From the NCBI RefSeq assembly GCF_001447785.1, contig NW_015164214.1:449596-513595 (forward strand): a stretch of DNA of 64,000 nucleotides, written 5' to 3'. The DNA comes from Gekko japonicus (Eukaryota). The notes below the pieces were generated by a model, which saw only the letters and a program-made list of their open reading frames with translations, was not told where the DNA came from and searched no databases. Position 1 is the stretch's first letter, and each line of letters begins with the position of its first letter. Below, in pieces: positions 23,564 through 36,074 of the stretch. A program made the position numbers and the translations under genes.

Positions 23564-24374
23564 CAGCAGAGATTAGCACCCAGGGCAGATTGGCCATTAT
23601 GGCCACTGGGACTTCTCCTGGTGGGATGATGGCCTCCCCCAGAACCTAGGCTGGGCCAGCCCAGTGGAAGATAATCTGCATCCCACCCAAATGAGCCTTT
23701 GACATTGCAGGGAGGTGGCGCCCAGCCCAGCCAAACCACATGAGACATGGGGGGCAGCTTCCATCAACCCCAGCCACTATGTTGCGAGAAGGAGGCAATG
23801 CCCAGCTTCCCCAAGCCCTAACCAGTCTGCAGGAGGCTATGCCATCCCTATGCTGCCTGTGGAGAGATGCACCCAGCTTGCTTGCCATGTGGAAAGAGGT
23901 GCAGGACAGGTGGGCAGGCAAGTTGCCTCTTCCTCCTTTCCTCCATCTGTGGCATTGGGATGGGGGGGACACTGTGGGGGTAGGCAGGAGACCATGGGAT
24001 GGGGACATGAAGCGATGACTGTCAGTGTGATGTCACTTGAGGATTTCCCCCAGAAGTGACATGAGTCCTCTCTAGGACTCACCAGTAATTCCATGGTAAA
24101 ACCTGTTTATGTCAAACCACGTCATGTCAGTGGCCCAGCAGCCATTTTAAAAAACAAAACTACTCCTGACAGTGGGAAATGAGAGGCAGGGGCAGAGGAT
24201 CCCCTGCTGGAAGACTGACAATCCTATTTTCCTCCCTCCCTCCTTTGAGAGAGCTCTTTTTGAGGGCAGTTTTTTCCCCAGGTGCCCCTGCTAGCATGCA
24301 CAGAATTTGTCCATAGGATCCCTCCCAAAATAAACTAATTATCTCAAATTTTTCCATCTTTGTGCAACTTTTAT

Positions 24375-24656
24375 GAGAGCCAGTTTGGTGTAGTGGTTAG
24401 GAGAGCAGTCTCTAATCTGGGAGAACCGGGTTTGATTCCCTACTCCTCCACACGCAGCTGCTGGTGTGACCTTGGGTCAGTCATAAGTTCTTTCAGAGCA
24501 GTTCTCTCAAGGGCAGTTCTCTCAGAGCTCTCTCAGCCCCACTTACCTCACAGGGTGTCTGTTGTCAGGAGGGGAAGGGAAAGGGATTGTAAGCTGCTCT
24601 GAGACTCCTTTGTGTAGTAAAGGGCAGGGTATAAATCCAATCTCTTCTTCTTCTTT
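24375..24656 (+). mobile_element. Squam3-like SINE
   Basis: Family match; TTTATGA on both flanks. Confidence 0.85.
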
Positions 24657-24808
24657 ATGAATGATATGCAGCTCTATACTGTGCATGGTGGGCAGGGAGT
24701 AAGAGCCCACCTTTCTTTCCTTACTCCTGGCATGGCTGCCTCCAATGCAATCGACCATTTGTGAAGGAATGTAACATTACGACATGGCACATTCTTGGAA
24801 TGTAGGCT

Positions 24809-25090
24809 GAGAGCCAGTTTGGTGAAGTGGTTAAGTGTGCGGACTCTAATCCGGGAGAATCGGGTTTGATTCCCCACTCCTCCACTTGCACCTGCTGACG
24901 TGACCTTGGGTCAGTCACAAGCTCTGGCACAGCTGTCCTTGAAAAAGAGCAGTTTGTGTCAGAGTTCTCTCATCCCCACCCACCTCACAGGGTGTCTGTT
25001 GTGGGGAGGGGAAGGGAAAGGAGTTTGTAAGCCGCTCTGAGACTCCAAGTGAAGGGCGGGATATAAATCCAATCTCTTCTTCTTCTTCTT
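24809..25090 (+). mobile_element. Squam3-like SINE
   Basis: Family match with (TTC)n tail. Confidence 0.85.
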
Positions 25091-26079
25091 GCTGTCAGTT
25101 CTCAGATTTTTCTCAGAGAAACTGAAGTGCAACCTAAGCCTACATGAACTGAATGGACCTTGCTCAAACGTTACTGCCCTACCTTCCCATGAAACATCCA
25201 GCGTTGCAGGAGTTACGTCAGGTGGACAGGGAAGTGAGGCACCCTCTCACTCTTTTCCCCACTGCCCATCATCTATGTAGGGTTGCCAGCTCAGGGTTGG
25301 GAAATACCTGGAAATTTGTGGGGTGGAGCCTGGGGAGGGCAGAGTTTGGCGAGGGGAAGGACCTCAGAAGGGTATAATGCCATGGAGTCCACCCTCCAAA
25401 GCAGCCATTTTCTCCAGGGAAACTGATCTTGGTTATCTGGAGATCAACTGTAATAGCGGATTTCCAGGTACCACCCAGAGGCTGACAATCGTAATCTGCC
25501 GGCTTGCATACAATGCAGCCCAGTCAACATAGAAAAATATTTTTCACGGCCACCCACATATATATAGAAGTCTCTGTTGAGAAACAGTTTTACAGTCTAT
25601 CTGCTCTAATCTTAAGCAGTGTTTGCTAGGAGAATAATAATGAATGCAGTTTATGAATACTTTTACAAGGCTTTTAAAACAGCCCTCAGTATTGCACATG
25701 TCTCTCTCTCTCTTTTTTTACAGAGCAGTTTCTGAACAAATAAAAATTACTGGTAAAGGAAATCACTAAAGGGCTATTACCATTGAAAGTTCTATTGTTG
25801 ACACTTTATTAGCGTCTTGCAACAAATATCTCCGTTCCTTAAAAAATATAAGAAGTGTAATCAAGAACGGCTATTAATCACAATGTTATACAGAAAGATC
25901 AGTCATTCAAAACAACAAATGTGCTGTTGGCCCACTCTTTGAATTCCACAACATAAACAGAGAATAATTTTTAACGCTCAAAAGAACTCTCCCGCTTTTC
26001 AGAGCTGTCCCTCAGTACCGAAGTATGTTACAACTTCATACACGAGCAGATTCTAAATTACGTTGCAATGAAGCAATGG

Positions 26080-26265
26080 GACGGGGTTTGATTCCCCACT
26101 CCCCAACACGAAGCCGGCTGGGTGACCTTGGGTCAATCACAGTTCTCTCAGCCCATCTACCTCACAAGGTGACTGTTGTGGGGAGAGGAAGGGAAGGAGA
26201 TTGTACGCTGCTTTGAGATTCCTTAGGGTAGAGAAAAGCAGGGTATAAAAACCAACTCTTCTTCA
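26080..26265 (+). mobile_element. Squam3-like SINE, 5'-truncated
   Basis: Starts at the B-box GGTTTGATTCCCCACT. Confidence 0.75.
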
Positions 26266-26828
26266 ACTTTAAGGAAATTGTACCTGCTGAAGTTCAGTGG
26301 ATATACTCAATGCAGTTAAATGCACTGGGGTCTTCCAGGGTTTTGGCCTGCGTGGCATTCAAGCATTGTGTGTGCCGATTCACATTCATAGTGCAGGCTT
26401 CTGGTAACCCCCTTTTGAAGAACATGATATTCACAACATTCAAGAAGTGTACATGTCAATTTCCCCAGTAGCCTTCCCCACCAGGCCATTTCAAGTCAGG
26501 AAGATGGTGTGGGGGTGAGGGAGGCTTGAAGCCCCTTCTCCACACAGGCCACAGTCACAATCTGAATTGGGCACCATGTGCACAGGCTTTGAGATGAACC
26601 CAGGATCTACATCTGACTATAACAAGGGATAACAAAGGTCGAGGAGCTCAAATCCAATTGGTGTACTCCGTAATGTATAAGAGCAACAACCTGGGTCTCA
26701 CAAGGGTGTTCTTAGGATGAAATGGGATAAAGCCAAAGTAGGTTTCCCTGAGCTGCAAATAAAATAGGGCAAATCCAGTAGAAGGAAATCATCAGGTATG
26801 TAGCAGCCCAGAAGGAAGGTGGCACGGT

Positions 26829-26990
26829 ATAGCCCAATCTTATCAGATCTTGGAAGCTAATCAGAGTCAGTACTTGGAAAAGAGACCACTAAGGAAGTCG
26901 GTGCAGAGGAAGGCAATGGCAAACCACCTCTGTTTCGCACTTGCCTTGAAAGCCCCTTGCTGGGGTCGCCATAAGTCAGAAGCAGTCAAC
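26829..26990 (+). mobile_element. 5S rRNA-derived SINE with RTE-like tail
   Basis: GCCCAATCTTATCAGATCTTGGAAGCTAA...AGTACTTGGA resembles the 5S internal control region; GGCAATGGCAAACCACCTC...GGGGTCGCCATAAGTC tail. Confidence 0.7.
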
Positions 26991-28121
26991 TTTCCAGGGA
27001 CTATTTTTTGTACAAGCCTGGTGAGTGCCTGTTCTAGCCTGAGGAAGCATTCTGAGAAACGCTTGAAGTTTCATCACTATTCATCGATCCTAACAGAGAA
27101 TCTTGCATTTTTTTCCCCTGTTAGGGTAGCACCATCCTCAATAGTACAGAAGAAGTCAGATTCACCGACATTAATACCACTGAGTTAAAAGTGAGTGTTC
27201 CAGACATGTGGTTCACTGATCGAAGTGTAAGGCCAGTTCATAAGTGCAAAGGAGGTGGTAGAACGGATACGAACTTCAGACTGCGACTGGAAGATCATAT
27301 TTTGGACTATTCCCCTGTCTTTAAAAAGTCCCCACAATTAGAAAGCCAGCACAATAAGTGAAAGGAGGGAACAGAACTTTTCTCCCTGCTAGCTTTCCAT
27401 CGATGTGGTTTGTGCTGCTTCTTCTTTTTTTTTACACAAAGGGATATTCCCGTGTGGGAATCTGTACCCACTGTCTGAAGTGGCACAGATTTTGGTATTC
27501 TACCACCTAATTCTTCTGCATACTTGAACCAGCCACCAGTCTGCCAAATTTCAACAGTTGCTTTGGAGTCAGCCCTCATTAAATAAGGTTGCCAACCTCC
27601 AGGTGGTGGAATTCCAAAAGACAACACCCATGACAAAAATAACAAAGAGTCAATCAAGATAAGTTGCAAAACTGTTTAGTGAATTCTGTAGAAAATTTTC
27701 TTCTATTATCGCTCACACGCTAACAAATGCTGCACAATGAACAACCCGTTTCACAATATTTGCTTTATCTGAGCGTGTAGCAATCCCAGTTCTTATCAAT
27801 CACTACTGATCAACTCCTGAAGGAAACATTCCATGTTGACTAATAACAAAACCCAAGGTCTTCACAAGGTCTTCGTTATTTTTGGCACGGATGTTGTTTT
27901 TGGAATTCCACTTCCTCCCGTGATCTCTCATTTTTGGCTTCTAACTTCCAGGTGGTGGCTGGAGATCTCCTACTATTACAACTGTTCTCTCCAGGCAATA
28001 GAGATCAGTTCACCTGGAGAAAATTGCCTATTTGAAAGGTGGATTCCATGGCATTGAAGTCACTCCCCTCTCCAAACCCTGCCCTCCTCAGGTTTCACCC
28101 CCCCCCCCAAATCTCCAGGTA

Positions 28122-29177
28122 CATAAGAACCTAAGAACATAAGAGACGCCAATGTTGGATCAGGCCAAAGGCCCATCCAGTCCAACACTCTGTCACACAG
28201 TGGCCAAAAATACCAGGGGCCATCAGGAGGTCCACCAGTGGGGCCAGGACACTAGGAGCCCTCCCACTGTTGACCCCCCCAAGCACCAAGAAGACAGAGC
28301 ATCACTTGCCCCAGAGCCCCTATCTATACCTTGTGGCTAATATCCACTGATGGACCTCTGCTCCATATGCTTATCTAATTCCCTTTTGAAGCCGTCCATG
28401 CTTGTAGCCGCCACCACTTCCTGTGGCAGTGAATTCCATGTGTTAATCACTCTTTGGGTGAAGAAGGACTTCCTTTTATCTTTTCTAACCCGACAGCTCA
28501 GCAGTTTCATGGAGTGCCCACGAGTTCTTGTATTGTGAGAAAGGGAGAAAAGTACCTCTTTCTCTACCTGCTCTTTCCCATGCATAATCTTATAAACCTC
28601 GATCATGTCACCCCTCAGTCGTCTTTTCTCCAAGCTAAAGAGCCCTAAGCGCTTTAACCTTTCCTCATAGGGAAAGTGTTCCAACCCTTTTATCATTCGA
28701 GTTGCCCTTTTCTGCACTTTTTCCAAAGCTATAAAATCCTTTTTAAGGTGTGGTGACCAGAACTGCACACAGTATTCCAAATGAGGTCTCACCATTGATT
28801 TATATAGGGGCATTATGATATTGGCTGATCTGTTTTCTATACCCTTCCTAATAATCCCCAGCATAGCATTGGCCTTCTTTATTGCAGTCACACACTGTCT
28901 CGACATTTTCAGTGAGTTATCCACTACAACTCCAAGATCTCTCTCTTGATCAGTCTCTGCCCGTTCAGACCCCATCAATGTGTATTTATATTTAGGATTT
29001 TTGGCTCCAATGTGCATCACCTTGCACTTGGCCACATTGAACCCCATTTGAAATGTTGATGCCCACTCGCCCATCCTTGACAGATCCCTTTGGAGTGCCT
29101 CACAATCCTCACTGGTTTTCACCACCCTGAACAACTTTGTATCATCCGCAAATTTAGCCACTTCACTGCTTACTCCC
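28122..29177 (-). mobile_element. CR1 LINE, 5'-truncated, uninterrupted ORF2 C-terminus
   Basis: ORF 28337-29179 (280 aa) runs from KFADDTKL through LEYCVQFWSP to the natural stop; 11-bp TSD ATCTCCAGGTA (28111-28121 / 29178-29188) inside a family C MITE. Confidence 0.95.
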
Positions 29178-30706
29178 ATCTCCAGGTATTTCCCAACCTG
29201 GACCTGGCAACCCTACCCATTAAACTCTGTGGGACTTACGTCTGAGTAAACATGCCTAGGACCAGGATGTATATCTTGAAATGAATTGTTTGCCTAGCAG
29301 ATTTTTAAAATTCTATTTTCATAATTTTCCCTAGTAGGAACTGAAACTTAGTTAATGCAAGATAAAGCACTCTCTTCATAAGGAAAATGGGTCCCGGTGG
29401 TGATATTACATAAAAAGCATGAAAAATGCTTTTTGAGAAGCAAGAGTGCATAAAACATTAATGATCATTAGTTTTGGAACTGTATATATCATGCGAAAAA
29501 AGGTTTACATGCTTGTAAGTTATAAAACACCTTTCAGCTAATATTCCTAGAACTCGTCAACAAGGATAGCTGAAGGTATTTCATCATCCGATGCAAGGTA
29601 AACATACATTCTCCCCCCCCCCCAATCTGTGAGTGTTGTGATGTGCTAGAGTGCATATTATGTATTTACAAGGGGGTGGGACCCGCGATACTTGCGTGGG
29701 GGGAGGGACCTCAACATAGGAGGCAGAGGAGGAAGCAGGAGGAGGAGGTAAGTTCCCCCTCATCCCACCGGTTCCTCCCCCGTCTCCTCCACCCCCCCGC
29801 TCGATTTCCCCCCCTTCTAGGTATCCGCACACAGGGGGCATCTTTGGAATTAGATATATAGATCGGTCCCCCATCTTATATTAAAACACAATAAAACTCA
29901 CTAGAGGATCTTGTGGGCTGGTCATGCTTTCTCAGCCTAATCTACCTCATGAAGTTATGAAGTCAAAATGGGGAAGGGAGACCCACGTATGCCTCTTTGA
30001 GCTCTTTGGAGGAAGGACAGAATAACACATGCTAGATAGAAAGGCAGACAGATCACAACTGTGACACAGAACGCATGAAAGGACCTTCGTGCAGAACAGA
30101 GAATTCAAGGGGGAAAACGAAGCCGCAAACTAGGGGTCAATGACTATACAGTCATGGAATTCAGCTCATTCAACTAGTGAATCTGTGGTAGAGAACTCAA
30201 ACACAAGCACCACTTATTTAACTGCAAGTCCCTTTTTAGAGAAAACAAGTGTGTACACACACAAGGAACTCAAACTTTCATGCACAAAGGCAGACACATA
30301 CATACTATTAGAAATGACTTGTGTAGATAAGCCGCAGTTCATATACATGGCACCCGGTCCTAATGCACATAAAGTGGCTGCATAGTCACCCACTACAAGA
30401 ACAGTAAAGACACAAAATAAACTTCGTATATACAGTGTTCTCCATTGTAATGCACACAGCCAGGGATGGGCAGGAACTGGCCCAACCAAGCCACCCAAGT
30501 GCTCCAATTTTGAGTTGCACAGTCCACCCATCAGCCACTTCCCCCAGTGAATTCCACAGTGGCTTCTTGATCGAATGGAAAGGTGAGGAATCTGCTGGTG
30601 CTGCAGGAAGGAGGGGACTAAAAAGGATATTGAGCTAAATTTGCTCACATTCCTGGGGCTTATTCAGGGAGTTAAAAGCATCAAGGACCCCGTTTCTCTC
30701 ACCCCA

Positions 30707-31330
30707 CATAAGAACATAAGAGAAGCCAATGTTGGATCAGGCCAATGGCCCATCCAGTTCAACACTCTGTCACACAGTGGCCAAAAATACCAGGTGCCAT
30801 CAAGAGGTCCAGCAGTGGGGCCAGGACACTAGAAGCCCTTCCACTGTTGCCCGCCCCCCAAAGCACCAAGAATACAGAGCATCACTTTCCCCAGATTGAG
30901 AGTTTCTATCTATACCTTGTAGCTAATAGCCATTAATGGATCTCTGCTCCATATGTTTATCTAATTCCCTCTTGATAAACATGCTTGTAGCCGCCATCAC
31001 CTCCTGTGGCAGTGAATTCCATGTGTTAATCACTCTTTGAGTGAAGAAGGACGTCCTTTTATCCCTTCTAACCCAACTGCTCAGCAATTTCATTGAGTGC
31101 CCACAAGTCCATGTGTTGTGAGAAAGGGAGAAAAGTACCTCTTTCTCTACCTGCTCTATCCCATGCATAATCTTGTAAACCTCAATCTTGTCACCCCTCA
31201 GTTGTCGTTTCTCCATGCTAAAGAGCCCCAAGCGCTTTAACCTTTCTTCATAGGGAAAGTGTTCCGACCCTTTTATCATTCTAGTTGCCCTTTTCTGCAC
31301 TTTCCCCAATGCTATAATATCCTTTTTGAG
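30707..31330 (-). mobile_element. CR1 LINE, 5'-truncated
   Basis: ORF 30923-31336 is the CR1 C-terminus; CCCCAC on both flanks. Confidence 0.93.
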
Positions 31331-32880
31331 CCCCACCTTTGGGCTTCTGGTTCCAGGATGGATTGTGAGCCTTATCCCCTCCTACTCCTTATTCCTTTTA
31401 ATTCTCCATAGGCAGTAAAGAGTGGCTGCTCAAAGTGCAGCTTTGGTCAGGGAGCACAGCATTCAGCCCCCCCCCCCCAATCCAGTGAGTGAGCAGTCAG
31501 CCACGTTTCACCCCCAATGTCTTCCTTCCTCTCTCCAGCAGAGTACAGCACTAAATCTTTGGCTATTGAACTCTGGCCCCTGCCCCTGCTGCACAGCCAG
31601 CCCCCTCTAATCAGATTTAGAATTGTGCAAAGGCTGCTAAATAGGAGCTAACCATTTTCGCTTCCAACCAGAGGAAATACAAGTTTACATTATTATAAAA
31701 AGGATTTGCACTGTGCAAGCAACTGAACTCAGAGCAACTCCGTAAATAGTGCTGAGAAAGTTCTTCCTTCTGCTCCCTCCGAGGGGAATGTGAAATGAGC
31801 AGTGAGTGTCTCTTTGGGGCTTTATATTCTCGCCCTGCCCCAATTCTCCAAGCGTATTTTATCTCCAGTCAGTCGTATTTGCATACTAAAATCCCATCAT
31901 GGAACAACAACACATCTCTGCTAATACACGTATTAATGTTTCAGAGATGTCTAAGTATCTGTATCTTTAAAGCCAATAATTAAAAAATAATCTCCAATTG
32001 CGGCCTAATCGTCTGTCTGAAGCAGTGGTTCTCTGTGCAATGATACAACGGAAGAAACAAGGAGTCAATTAGCGTAATGCTGCTGAGAGAAACATTACTG
32101 GACTGATCCATTAGCCAGGCAAGATGGGAGAGCACTTCTTGCTATTCATTTATTTACATGTTTTAACAGCTTTGCAAATTAATTCACTGCAGTCTTGTAA
32201 ACACAATAAGGTACACATCTATGAAAGAAAAGAGGCAAACCTTTTAAAGACAAATATGTGTACTTTCCTGTCAGGAAGAGCTTAGTGAAAGTCAGCATAC
32301 TACAGTGGTCACACAGCCAGATTTAAATCTGAGAGACCCAGGTTCAGTCCCCTGTCTGATGCTCACCGGAGGATCCTGGGTCAGTCAGTCTCTCATACCC
32401 TAACCTACTGCACAGGGTTGTTGTGAAGATAAGAGAGAGTGATTTATTTATTTATTAAAACATTAAGAGGGGGGATTTATTTATTGTGTTATGTTATGCT
32501 GCTCTGAGGTCCTTGGAGGAAGAATGGGAATGAATATATGTATGTGTGTGTGTGTGTGTGTGTGTGTATGTTTATACAATAGTTTATATAACAATAGTTT
32601 TCAGAAGAAACTTCCTTCTTTGTGGCAACAAAATCAAGAAGTGACAAATCTGACAGGCATTTGTTGATTAAATGTTATTAATAATTTTGGACATTCAAAA
32701 TGAAAAGTTATGCATTAATAAATATGACCTGATATGTCCCTTATCTGAGCAAGATGGATACCCCATGCTTTCAAGGAAACAATGTTGGGGAGGGAAAGGC
32801 CTTTTTAAAATATACCTGAGAAATATATAGTTGCTTTTTTTAAAAAAAGACACCTTGAAACTGAAATGCAATGGCTCTTG

Positions 32881-32971
32881 ACAGTGCAATCCTAAACAGA
32901 GTTTTATACCCTTTATATCCATTAAAATTAATGATCTTAGAAGTGTGTAAGGCTGTTTAGGATTGCATTGT
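32881..32971. mobile_element. ~90-bp hairpin MITE (abundant squamate family)
   Basis: ACAGTGCAATCCTAAACAG...CTGTTTAGGATTGCATTGT. Relatives at ~4010-4250, 29220-29270, 34265-34690 (three), 36090-36205, 41585-41670 and 50912-51002. Confidence 0.7.
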
Positions 32972-34866
32972 AACCCCTCTTAAGTGAAAAAGATGTTCTG
33001 TGGGATTTTAATATTCTGGAATAGGGCTGCTGGCAACTCTCTTGAGTGCAGAAGTAACAGAGGTCTACTTGTTGCCTTACCTAGTTTTGGAGGCACATTT
33101 AAAGGATATGACTGGGTGATTCATATGGATCGACCAGTTATGTGCCTTCTCTATAGATGCTTTTGGGGAAAAATCTTTCAAGCGGAGCGATTTCTTTTCT
33201 GATTAATTGTATCAATTTATTAAGCATGAAAGCATTAATAGATTGCAATTTGGTCCTAATTAATCAGTGTCGTTAACAGCAATGAAAAACTATGGGATTC
33301 TGCACTCTCAAAAGGCCAATGCCTATGCAGGCCAAAGAAATGTGCCAGCTCCATTCCGCATTTTTTATTTTTGTCTGTCCAGACGAAAATGCTTACTTTC
33401 CCATTTTTGAGCAAAAATCTTTGTTAAGGAGTCTTTAACCTAATCAGCAGCCATCAAATAGAGAAACAGATTTTGTATAAAGATTCTCTTATGGGGGGGG
33501 GGGGAAATCAAGGTGTGCTAAAGTTTTTTTCTGTGATATTTTCTACCCTCTATTTTGTCCAGGAAGGAGTATTAAAAATGACACCTCACCTGCAGTCTGA
33601 AATGGTATAATCTATTTGACTACTTCAAGATTCTACTATTTCATGTTGCTGTATGGAGACCAGGCCTTAGAGAAGCTATATAACTAAAACATCGTAAAAG
33701 GTAACATTTTTGGTTAAATTATTCAGGCCAACTAAGAGAACACAGCTTGCTTAAGCAGTATGCTTTCTATCAAAGAAGTCTTTTTTATCGACTTTTTAGA
33801 CTCAGCAAATAAGACATTATCCAGCAGTGACCATATACTTGGACTTTAAATTAAGCCCTTCATCATAAATTCTCAAAAAAGAAGAAGACAGAGAGAGAGC
33901 AGTCACAAAATATATAAGATTAAGGCTTTCTTACACAGTTGTGAGAGGTTGATACCTGGAATTAGAGACTAGAAATAGAGATACCTACTTGCAGGCACTA
34001 ATATCTAGAATATAGGGTTTTTTGCTCAATTGTTTTTAAAACGAGTAAAGACTGTACATCCAGGGAGATTAGCAAAGGGTAAGAAGGTGAGGGGGAAAAG
34101 TATATGGCGCTGCAAATGTGTATGCTAATACCTAGCAATATGGAAAAATGATTCTAAGATATCATGAATAGGTACAGTCCTATATAATACAAAAATGTCA
34201 AGCTGAGATGCTGATTTGCAACATCAACAGGGTGAGATCCTTGTACAGAAATGTATATGCGTAGGAATCAAGCCTAAGCAGATCTACACAGAATCCTACT
34301 CAGGTCTATTCAGTGGGGCTTACTGCCAGGAAAGCATTCCCAGCACTGCAAAATTAGGAAAATAAGTCTAATTGCATGTTTTACACAACCCTAGCTCCTT
34401 TTCACTTTCTGCCAGTTTTCTAAAGCTCTTCATATGAACTCTAACTTAAACAAAGTACGTACTTCCAGTGCAATCATAGGAGCATTCTCCTGGGAGTAAG
34501 CCCCATTGAATCATACTGGAGTAGGATTCTGAGTAGAACTGTTTAGGATTACATTGCAAAGGAGCAAACTTTATTAAAATATTTATACCCCACTTTTCCT
34601 CTGACTCAAGATGGCAGATCTACTCAGAAGTAAGTCCCACATTAGTTAATGAGGCTAACTCCCAGGAAAATGACCTTCGGATTCCACAGTAAGCTATTTA
34701 GTGCTCTTGAAGGCAATGGAAGAAAGCCAGTTTAAGTGCAAACATGAACACTTTGGTGGTTTGTCAACTTATTGCCTTCCACAGCAAAATTAATTGGAAA
34801 TAATAATAAAAATCTAGTCTGACAAAAATCAAATTTGCGCTGTGGCTGTAGGATCTTTGGTGTAGG

Positions 34867-35264
34867 CAGGGGTCATTTTGTAGAAAAAGAGGTGCAGGAG
34901 CTCATTGGCATAACTCATTAGCATAACTTATTTGCATATGCCACACACCCTGACATCACCGGATGTGTATCAGAAGGCAACACCCACCACTCAGGCTCCA
35001 CTGGACTGTTCTGGATTGCTAGCTATTGGGGGGGGGGGGCATGCATCACAGAGGAGGGAAAGCTTGTACCTGAATAAAACTTGGTCTTAAAGGTGCAACT
35101 GGACTGTTTTGGGAGAGGGGGGCTCTGCAACTTACCTGGCTGCTTCTTGCGCTGACTGAGGGCTGCTGGGAGCGGGGGGGTGGGGCTTGTTGCATGTGCC
35201 CGCCCCCTGGGCCCTTTACTGCTGGAGCTCTGCTCCTGTGCACCCCTGCAGGAAATGACCCTTG
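34867..35264 (+). mobile_element. hAT MITE family B with captured Penelope-like end
   Basis: TIR CAGGGGTCATTT...AAATGACCCTTG; perfect TSD GGTGTAGG. Confidence 0.92.
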
Positions 35265-35947
35265 GGTGTAGGGATGCCACTTCTGGGGTGGGAAATACCT
35301 GGAGATTTTGGGGGTGGAGCCCGGGGAAGGCAGGGTTTGGGGAGGGGAGGGACCTCAGCAGCGTATAATGCCACAGAGTCCACTCCCCAAAGCAGCCATT
35401 TTCTCCAGAGGAACTGATATTGGTAGTCTGGAGATCAACAGTAATAGCAGATTTCCAGGTGTTACATGGAGGGATGGCAAGTGGCAACCCCACTCTGGTG
35501 CCTTGAAAATAACTTAGAAACTTTGACATATGATTAGAACAGCAATAAGAAATTTAGACCAGAGTTCCAATAGCATGAGTAAATAAATAAGAATGGATTC
35601 ACATTTGCTTTCCCTCCACTATTACCTGGCAAGTTTTACAATATTTCTTAGTGAAATCCATATGCTTTTTGTAAAACCTTATTGGGCATGTGGCTCACAG
35701 GGAGTTCCATGTAATGGTGATTCAGCTAATATAGTTTCATTTACTTTATATCCCACCCTTTTCCCCACTGGGGACCCAAAGGAGCTTACATTGCTCTCTT
35801 CCATTTTATTTTCACAACAGCCTTCTGAGGGAGATTAGACTGAGTGTGTGTGACTTGCCCAAGTTCACACAACAAACTTCTGTGGAAAACTAGGGATGTA
35901 AGACTAAGCTTCTCATTACATAAACAGTTACTCCCATTGACTTCAGA

Positions 35948-36074
35948 TTGATCTGAAGAAGCAGTGACTCACAGAAACTCATACCCTGCCACAAATTTTG
36001 TTAGTCTTTAAGGTGGTACAGGATGTTTTCTCTTTTCTACTGCTACAGACAAACACAGCTACCCACCTTGATCT
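35948..36074 (+). mobile_element. Penelope-like terminal repeat with decayed hammerhead
   Basis: CTGAAGAAG..GACTCACAGAAA, TTGTTAGTCTTTAAGGTG and ACACAGCTACCCACCTTGATCT; TTGATCT at both ends. Confidence 0.7.

Noticed and set aside
28337-29179. RT-like ORFs (also 10168, 14642, 30923, 15898-17044) as host genes
   Set aside because: These are 5'-truncated CR1/BovB fragments with retroposon tails; no promoter or exon structure.
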